Assembly: GCA_018985225.1 (NCBI GenBank)
Contig: JADGIF010000618.1
Span: 1 to 5,918 of the forward strand
Origin: Amoeboradix gromovi X-113
Lineage: Eukaryota > Fungi > Sanchytriomycota
Length of the DNA: 5,918 nucleotides
Direction: 5' to 3'
A program made the translations under genes and the position numbers. The stretch's first letter is position 1; every line of letters starts with the position of its first letter. This document shows positions 1-5,730 of the stretch, piece after piece. Under the pieces are notes generated by a model. That model saw only the letters and a list, made by a program, of their open reading frames with translations, did not search any database and was not told where the DNA came from.

Positions 1-97
1 GTGAAAGCGTGAGCAATCACTGTAACGGAGCATCTAGCATTAGTTTCTCTGTGGAAATTCTCGATTTTCTCGGAAATCATGTCTTCTAACGAGGAGT
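1..97 (+). ncRNA. Fanzor/TnpB element right end: 3' part of an omegaRNA scaffold (copy A), truncated by the window start
   Basis: Aligns to the reverse complement of 5615-5714 with 10 mismatches and one 3-nt gap. That copy overlaps a Fanzor C-terminal ORF. Stems: GTG..GC-GTGA-GC..CAC (GNRA loop), GATTTT-CTCG-GAAATC, CTCT/GGAG. Similarity ends after GGAGT at 93-97. Confidence 0.75.
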
Positions 98-108
98 AGG
101 AGCATCAA

Positions 109-311
109 TCTAAAACCTGTTCCAGTAATTAAATGATCAGAACTATCTAGTTGAAGTGTTTGCCCTTTCTTTTGAAATATTTCCTAAACTTTGCTCTTGG
201 TTTGAGTATATACGAGCGTCATTAACATTAAGTAAATAATGCTTCATTAAATCATGATTCTAAAAGCGCGGTTATTTGCCCTGTATCAGGCCTGTCAACA
301 GTAAACAGGGC
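109..311 (+). pseudogene. Possible heavily eroded Fanzor/TnpB 3' relic
   Basis: SKTCSS (109-126) and NASLN (238-252) lie in one frame with several stops between them. A GCCCTGT/ACAGGGC stem follows (278-284/305-311). The motif order matches a TnpB/Fanzor C-terminus, but the matches are short. Confidence 0.3.
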
Positions 312-577
312 CTGCAAGTTTTCAATTCAATTCTGCACTTTTGAATGATAAGAATTTCTGATCTATTGCAAGGAACCGCAATGCTTCCCCTACGTTGCTT
401 AACGACTCCTTGATTTAAAAACCTAATTTTAATCCAAATCGCAAAATCTATCATTTGCATTGTGAATATTGAAAAGAATTCTTCTAGGTGTGAGTAGTAT
501 AATCATACCTGCTTTAGAGATAACAACAGGTAGGACTCAAATTAAATCGGCCTTCGCTTTTCCCCGCTATGATTGGA

Positions 578-775
578 TTAGTTTCGCGATTCCCCTGCCA
601 ACGTATCCAACAGATTGCATATATTCTTATGGGTTCACTCCAACTACTTTTCTGCTGTATTCCTAATGTTCAATTTAGACTCTCACATGTCTGATTGTGT
701 ACATGTGTTCCTAGTAGTGTAAAACAAATATGACTCGTGCGACTTCCAAATAGTATTTAAATGCCAAACGACCCT
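578..775 (-). pseudogene. Possible eroded Fanzor C-terminal relic
   Basis: Across frameshifts it reads GRLAFK..RVIFV / YTTRNTCTQ / GVN-KNICNLLDTLAGESRN*, resembling RLxYK..V.E.YTSxTC..RDVNAxKNI..LL..G..RP. DNA ACTAGgaacACATGTACA resembles ACTAGtcagACATGTACA in the Fanzor fragment near 5850-5867. Confidence 0.35.
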
Positions 776-792
776 CATAATCAAGAATTACA

Positions 793-966
793 ATGATGAA
801 TCCTTCAATTTTAAAGATAACGTTGACCAAGGAGGTTGACAACAATTTGAGAAAGCAGGTCATGGTAGATAATATCAAAAAGCAGCTGGTGGACAAGTAC
901 CCCAAATTGGAATCTTTATTTGCAGCTTACGAACAGGGACAGATTCCAGCTCAAGTCCTAGGATAA
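793..966 (+). CDS. Small hypothetical protein, 57 aa (MMNPSILKITLTKEVDNNLRKQVMVDNIKKQLVDKYPKLESLFAAYEQGQIPAQVLG); could be a terminal exon
   Basis: ATG to TAA ORF below the track cut-off, with protein-like helical composition. AATAAA lies right after the stop (969-974), as at other gene ends here. No family recognised. Confidence 0.4.
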   Translation: MMNPSILKITLTKEVDNNLRKQVMVDNIKKQLVDKYPKLESLFAAYEQGQIPAQVLG

Positions 967-1006
967 TTAATAAATGGATGATTTACCTATAAATTCCCAA
1001 GGATAA

Positions 1007-1315
1007 CATAGAGGGCTCCATTTAGAGTTCTATGTAGATCTTTCGAAAACATGCATTATATATGCTGCAACAAAATCTACATGGAATGTAGCAAAAAATC
1101 ATGAAAAATGGTGCAGTTGCACTAGACTCATCTCTCATGCAGGAGAAATACTGAAGGGTTTATACTTGAATACAGGTCACATCAGTGAAAACACCGCTAA
1201 ACTTTGCTTAAAATCAATGAAGGTTAGTCCATAATTAAATTTTTAAATGCGACAATTATTTCGTAGAATGCAAAATAATCACTGATTGAAATTTAAAAGA
1301 TTTGTTTATCAGGAC
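1007..1315 (+). pseudogene. Possible eroded Fanzor C-terminus plus omegaRNA-like tail
   Basis: The open frame HRGLHLEFYVDLSKTCIIYAATK..WCSCTR..KGLYLN parallels QRGKTMVECNESFTSQTCTRCGTLK..YSCTN..RNVYIK of the right-edge Fanzor. Both share CAGTTGCAC (1114-1122 vs reverse complement of 5803-5811). Downstream stems are ATCAGTGA/TCACTGAT (1181-1188/1279-1286) and ATTATTT/AAATAAT. ATCAGGAC at 1308-1315 matches copy B near its end. Confidence 0.35.
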
Positions 1316-1383
1316 CGTAAATTCTTAACCACTCAAGAATGTGCTCAGTGGCGTCGACTGAAGTTGGTCTGTATCCTAGAAGC

Positions 1384-1418
1384 GTGAAAAATCTTGCACA
1401 ATTTGCAGATATTTTCAC
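1384..1418. other. Imperfect inverted repeat (about 14-bp hairpin with two bulges)
   Basis: GTGAAAA-ATCT-t-GCA-caatt-TGC-AGAT-a-TTTTCAC. Confidence 0.5.
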
Positions 1419-1551
1419 TTTTGATAGCCAGGCTTTTTATTTCTCTAAACACTTTTAATATTAAATTTTTGATTTTACAATTCTGTGGTGACTTGGTGGC
1501 TGTGGTGTTTTAGCTCGGCTTAGTTTTTTGACGTAATGGCTCTGTGAAACC

Positions 1552-1929
1552 ATGAGGTCTCAAAACGAGAAGTACGCGGAAATCAACAGAACTTATGAAG
1601 ATTGGATCAACGACTCAGAAACTATCACCAAGTTGTCTTTCAAGGAAGTTGAAGCAGGTTGCGATGCGTTATACCAAATTGCTAGCACAAACGAAGAAGG
1701 AGCAGCGGCATTCTGCAAGTTTAACGCGAGATTTCAGCATTTGAATCGACTTCCAAAAGAAGTACGGAAGATTGTTTTGAGTCCCGGTTTAGATGGACTG
1801 GGGCAAAACGAAATTGAGAGTCGAGTTCAAGTCTTAGAGAAGCACAGAGGTAAACTGAATTCATTTTCTGATGAGTATAATGAGATTATTACAAATCATC
1901 GTGACACCTTGAAAGCACAACGCGAATAA
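1552..1929 (+). CDS. Hypothetical protein, 125 aa, predicted helical
   Basis: Uninterrupted ATG to TAA ORF with higher GC than its flanks and a charged helical composition. The stop is embedded in AATAAA and followed by a T-rich tract. No family recognised. Confidence 0.6.
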   Translation: MRSQNEKYAEINRTYEDWINDSETITKLSFKEVEAGCDALYQIASTNEEGAAAFCKFNARFQHLNRLPKEVRKIVLSPGLDGLGQNEIESRVQVLEKHRGKLNSFSDEYNEIITNHRDTLKAQRE

Positions 1930-2107
1930 ATTGGAATTTGGACCATTTTTATGTTTTTACAGTCTTATTTTCACAATTATCAAGTACTACGTTGGAAAAG
2001 TTTATTTTTTATGTGGTTTGCACCCAATTTTTGTAGTTCTTACAAGGGTAGTTTTCTCAATAAGCATAACCAGCATAGAATTCCATTAAACGAAAACAGA
2101 TTTATTA

Positions 2108-4754
2108 TCATTGTGCTTCTAATGTAGACAGATGCTTTACTTTATTCTGGGTAGACAGTGTATGTTTTAGATATTGTTTTTCATCTTCCTCCATTTGCGG
2201 CAAATGCTCATCAAAGTCGCCCAAATCATCCGGTTGTTGAATGTCTCTGTACGTCTGTACAGACAATCTTAATATCTTTCTTTCGTTCTCTACTTGTTTG
2301 AGTTCTGAAATTTTAGCCTCATAGAGCACCTTCATATCAATAAAATCATCTAAATACTGTATCAACAGCTTTACTGCCTCGTGTTTTTGCAACTCTTGTA
2401 ACGCATTTAGTATCTCTGTGTCGCTGGCTTCTGTAGCCGCGAAAGATATCTCTTTGATTCTTTCATTGACTACGACGATATCACTTTGAATCTCATTAAA
2501 TCGATCATCTAAATATTGAGTACTGATTGGAATTGAAATAGTTTCATTGGCTTTAATAATGATCTCTTTCTCATCTAATAACCTTAATTTTTCTTCCACC
2601 ATGTCTCTCTGCGTTGAAATCAAACTTTGCAACTGAACTGTTGCTTGCCTCCCTGTTGAACACAAATCAACGAATTTGTCAATCGTCGATTTCAATTCAT
2701 TCATGTCAGTACATGAATCTCTTCTTTTGGCTGCTAAACTATTTGCAGAAATGCCGTGTTTCTTCATAACATGCACAGCATCCTTCCATTTACGTTTCAT
2801 TGAGACTGATTCATTACTTCTAACCCGCAGCAAAGACTTCTATATAAGAATCAATTACCTGCATTTCTATGTGCCTTTCATACTTTTTAAGCAGATATTC
2901 ACTTTTTAGCTCTTTCTTCTTTAATCTCATAACCTCTCTTTCATTCTTCACAGTGATTCTTCTTGATTTCTCATTCTGAGTCTTTAGCTGCATCATAAGT
3001 CTAGATTTTTCATTTCTTAGTTCGGCTATGTTTGCCCTCATATGATCCGCGTCAATTTTAGCTTTATCTCTGATTTTCGCCAATGTTTTCTCAGTTGAAT
3101 GATGCTTAGACCGCAGTACCGCTAGTTCAGATTGTATCTTAGTCAATTTATCCTCGTATTTATTTCTAATTTCTTTGATTTGACTAGAATTGGAATCGGT
3201 GGATTTCCTTAAGAATGCGTCTCTTTCTTTGCTGATTTCTTTACATTTTAGTTCCAACTCATCCATTTTGCTCTCATATTTCAGCTTGAGTTGCTCATAG
3301 TCCACTTGCGACAGCTCCATTTTGCGTAAAATGTCTTCCTTGCTCTGGATATTATTTTGAATTGAAATTATTGTGTTATTTATTTCCTGCTGATCATCCG
3401 ATGTACTAGAGTCATTGGAATCCGACGATTCTTCAGCTTTCAATTCCTCCACATCTTCCCACTCAGACTCGACATCATCAGTTTGATACCAGGACTGCTG
3501 AGCTGGAACATGTGGCTTAACGAGTCTCTGGAATCTTCGTAGTCGCTTTCTAAGCTGTTCAATTATGTTCGAGTATATCTGATAATGATTCTTATTAGGA
3601 GTAACAGCCGAGTCGGCAACATCACCCATTGATTTTAACTGAAATTCGGCATTCAAATCCACATATTTACTCTTTTGAAACTCCAGCTCCAGCGTCAGCG
3701 CCTTATTTTCTTTCGTCAACGCATCTATTTGAGGATTATAATGCTTTGACTGCCTTAGTTCTTCGTTCTCAGTTCTTAACTGACGAATTATTTCTTTTAA
3801 TTTAACAACGTCATCATCGCTGTCAATGAGATTACGGATTGCTTGATTTTGAATTTCTCTTGCTCTGCTGGCGTACTTCAAAGTGTTTAAAGTTTCTTGA
3901 AAATCGCTATCTCGTGGACTAATACAGGCTATCATTGTAGTGTGCGCGTTGCCACCTAAACTATCCTGAAGTATTCTAGTCAGCTTTGAGTCACGATATG
4001 GTACATGTTGGTTTTTACTGAGAGCATATATGACGTTTCCTAGCGCTAAAAGTCCTGAGTTTATGGAGATTCCTTCCTTTTGACGCATTCCACTAGCGTT
4101 TGTTCTTTTTAATCGCTCGCTTCCCGCCAAGTCAACAAAACAGAATCTACTGCAAATTGCTCCCGTTTTGTATTCTACCGCAAATATGGCATGACTTCGA
4201 CTGGATGTGGCATTCATCTCGGTACTACCAGTCTTTCTGTTGGAACTTCCTTTGTATAGGTAATCTAATGCCTCCGAGTATGATTGGCACGGTTGCTGAT
4301 GAACATTGCTCCAATAAATCTGGTTTTCAGCTTCCCTGATTTTGGGTTGATTTTCAAGCATCAGCAAATCAATAAGTTCTTCGTTATATATTTCCAAAAA
4401 TGATACTGTTACAGTTGCATCAGAGATATTGCTGTCTTTTATTCTTTGAAATAATTCTTTCAGTGCATTTGGAATAATTCCATCCTTGTAATTTACATCA
4501 GTGCCCATGGTATGCGTTTTGCCACTATAAGTTTGACCATAAGCCAATATAGTGCAGTTAAATCCTTGCATGAACTTTTCTAAAAGTGGAATACACGCGT
4601 CATTAAAAATAATTGAGGTTTTTGAATCGCTTTTATACACATAATCAAATGTAAATGGGCGATTTCCAAGTAACAAGCAACTACTGTTATACAAGGAAAC
4701 ACACTCAATATCATTTATGGGTCTAATTCTACAAAGAACTTTCACAGAATTCAT
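2108..4754 (-). CDS. Kinesin-4 family (KIF4/KIF21/KIF27-like) motor protein, complement(join(2108..2839,2859..4754)), 875 aa
   Basis: N-terminal motor with RIRP, FTFDYVY, P-loop GQTYSGKT, SFLEIYNE, switch I NATSSRSHAIF, switch II DLAGSERLKRT, KEGISINSGLLALGNVI, HVPYRDSKLTRILQDSLGGN and ETLNTLKYASRAREIQN, then a long coiled coil. The spliced junction YERHIEMQ|KSLLRVRSNESVSMKRKWKDAV parallels the KIF4 stalk motif (recalled as [30 protein letters not shown]). Confidence 0.93.
2840..2858 (-). other. 19-nt spliceosomal intron (GTAATTGATTCTTATATAG)
   Basis: CAG|GTAATT donor and TATAG acceptor in phase 0. Removal fuses ORFs 2820..4754 and 2108..2833 in frame. A tandem AG 3 nt further (22-nt intron) also keeps frame, while the next AGs (39, 42, 53 nt) lead to stops within 0-2 codons. 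Confidence 0.8.
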
Positions 4755-4787
4755 TTATTGATTGACCGTTTTGGAAGCCACATTGAC

Positions 4788-4958
4788 TTAAAAATCATAG
4801 ACTCTCCCTTTTCTTTCCCAGTCGCCATATCGGGTAGGCTCAGGTCCTTTAGGGCCATTGAACTCTTCCTCTTGCGTTTTATTCCGAGTTGTCGGCATAG
4901 GAGGACTCTTTGGAACATCTGTTGATTTCTTAACTTTAGATGCCAATCGTCTAAACAT
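4788..4958 (-). CDS. SDHAF4: Succinate dehydrogenase assembly factor 4 (SDHAF4/Sdh8, DUF1674), 56 aa
   Basis: MFRRLASKVKKSTDVPKSPPMPTTRNKTQEEEFNGPKGPEPTRYGDWERKGRVYDF*. It carries the diagnostic C-terminal GPKGPEPTRYGDWERKGRxxDF motif and a basic mitochondrial presequence-like N-terminus. Absent from the ORF track because it is under 60 aa. Confidence 0.95.
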   Translation of the reverse strand: MFRRLASKVKKSTDVPKSPPMPTTRNKTQEEEFNGPKGPEPTRYGDWERKGRVYDF

Positions 4959-4982
4959 TGTTTGAGCTGGAAAGACCCGTTT

Positions 4983-5235
4983 AGTCCTAACTTATGCGAA
5001 AATCAAGAACTTCCATGGAGATATACAACTTCAGTCGCTCGTTATAGCGTTTGGCAACTCTTCCACCACAGATCAGCGGGGTGCAATGGAGATGCATAAA
5101 GTGCATAATCCTTACTATGTAGTCGCTATACGCTTACAAATGGCAATGCACTCGATGAGAGATAAGTTGTTCAAGTATTTAAGCAGTTACAGAAGCCTGC
5201 TAAGGACATGGTTCTTGTAATCACTATATAGTTCG
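4983..5235 (-). mobile_element. Degenerate Fanzor 3' end plus omegaRNA scaffold (copy C, same family as copies A and B)
   Basis: 4983-5020 matches 5628-5665 at 30/38 nt. Colinear matches continue at a constant offset of 648 (GCGGG 5076/5724, GATGCATA 5091/5739). Translation CHL*AYSDYIVR..FMH..SMEVLDF parallels CHLEI/REHMAAR..YMH..SMEILDF. Similarity beyond about 5150 is weak, so the 5235 boundary is approximate. Confidence 0.7.
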
Positions 5236-5248
5236 TTTCATTTAAATA

Positions 5249-5377
5249 GATAGCTGAGTGGGACTCGCTCTACAAAACTAGACAGCTTCATAGAAGCCTT
5301 GTTCTGGAAACGCTATATCTTATCATCTAGTTATACTCCATAACTATCGCCTACGATTTAGATGACAACCCACTATC
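5249..5377 (-). ncRNA. Multi-branched structured RNA, candidate omegaRNA of a second Fanzor family
   Basis: Minus-strand nested stems: outer GATAG-TGGG/CCCA..CTATC; TTGTCATCTA/TAGATGATAA (10 bp) enclosing ATCG-tagg-CGAT and GTTAT-ggagt-ATAAC; second arm CGTTT/GAGCG, CAGAAC/GTTTTG, GGCTTC-tat-GAAGCT. The non-Watson-Crick positions are G-U on the minus strand. Confidence 0.55.
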
Positions 5378-5433
5378 AATCGCTCTTTGCTCAAACTCAG
5401 TCCATTTACGTTGCTCAGTAACATTCCTATGAT

Positions 5434-5614
5434 TTAAAAATTATTATAAGATGCATTCATATCTTGATCCACTACATCAATATAGCGGGTACGCTGCCAT
5501 AAATGTTGGATCTCAGTGACTTTGCAGAATGCTTTTATAATTGCCACAATCTAGGGCACAATTTCTTAGTTTTGAACTCAGAAACGGACAAAATAATATC
5601 TCTGTCAGGTTTAC
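5434..5614 (-). pseudogene. Eroded C-terminus of a second, different Fanzor/TnpB
   Basis: IILSVSEFKTKKLCPR/CGNY (E at 5577-5579, +1 frameshift at 5549), then VVDQDMNASYNNF* (D at 5467-5469, stop 5434-5436). This fits V-x-E-x-x-T-S-x-x-C-x-x-C-G followed by D-R-D-x-N-A-S-x-N-I; CGA>CAA and ATT>AAT are single changes. The second CxxC is not recoverable. Confidence 0.5.
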
Positions 5615-5730
5615 ACTCCAGGCTAAAAGTCCTGATTTCCGAGAAAATCGAGAATTTCCATAGAGAAACTAGCAATGCTAGATGCTCCGTTACAGTGACT
5701 GCTTACGCTTGCACTATCCTGAGGCGGGAT
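5615..5730 (-). ncRNA. Fanzor omegaRNA scaffold and element right end (copy B), overlapping the ORF tail
   Basis: Stems ATAGTG/CACTGT with GC-GTAA-GC, CTAGC-att-GCTAG, TTCT-c-GATTTT-ctcg-GAAATC-AGGA and CTCT/GGAG. Homologous to copies A and C. Its position at the 3' end of the nuclease ORF is where TnpB/Fanzor omegaRNAs are encoded. The 5' boundary is approximate. Confidence 0.75.

Noticed and set aside
684-715. Hairpin CACATGT/ACATGTG followed by CTAG-T, like a Helitron 3' end
   Set aside because: The hairpin is AT-rich and only 3 nt from CTAG, with no other Helitron evidence.
272-905. Track ORFs 272..460, 469..666 and 711..905 as real genes
   Set aside because: Short, two start at TTG, and none has a recognisable domain as an intact gene. 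They overlap hairpin-rich relic sequence or the opposite-strand 57-aa ORF.
1297-1500. U3 snoRNA-like words (AGCGTGAA, TCAGGA, TCTGTGGT)
   Set aside because: No proper box A (GGATCATTTCT) or box C (TGATGA) in the right order and spacing.
2108-2833. 241-aa ORF as a separate gene
   Set aside because: It starts at TTG and continues the kinesin-4 stalk motif across the intron, so it is exon 2.
2676-4339. Plus-strand track ORFs 2676..2909 and 4100..4339
   Set aside because: Antisense shadows of the kinesin CDS.
5217-5231. 15-nt GTAATCACTATATAG resembling the kinesin micro-intron
   Set aside because: No credible flanking exons; splicing leads to stops within a few codons.
5355-5425. Myb-like peptide QRKWTEFEQRAIDSGL on the minus strand
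   Set aside because: A stop follows shortly and the remaining Myb helices are absent; likely chance.
4926-5432. Plus-strand frame interrupted only by TAA/TAG, suggesting a TAR=Gln genetic code
   Set aside because: SDHAF4 ends with TAA at its conserved C-terminus, and the Gln-rich kinesin exons have no in-frame TAA/TAG. The region is better explained by minus-strand Fanzor relics.
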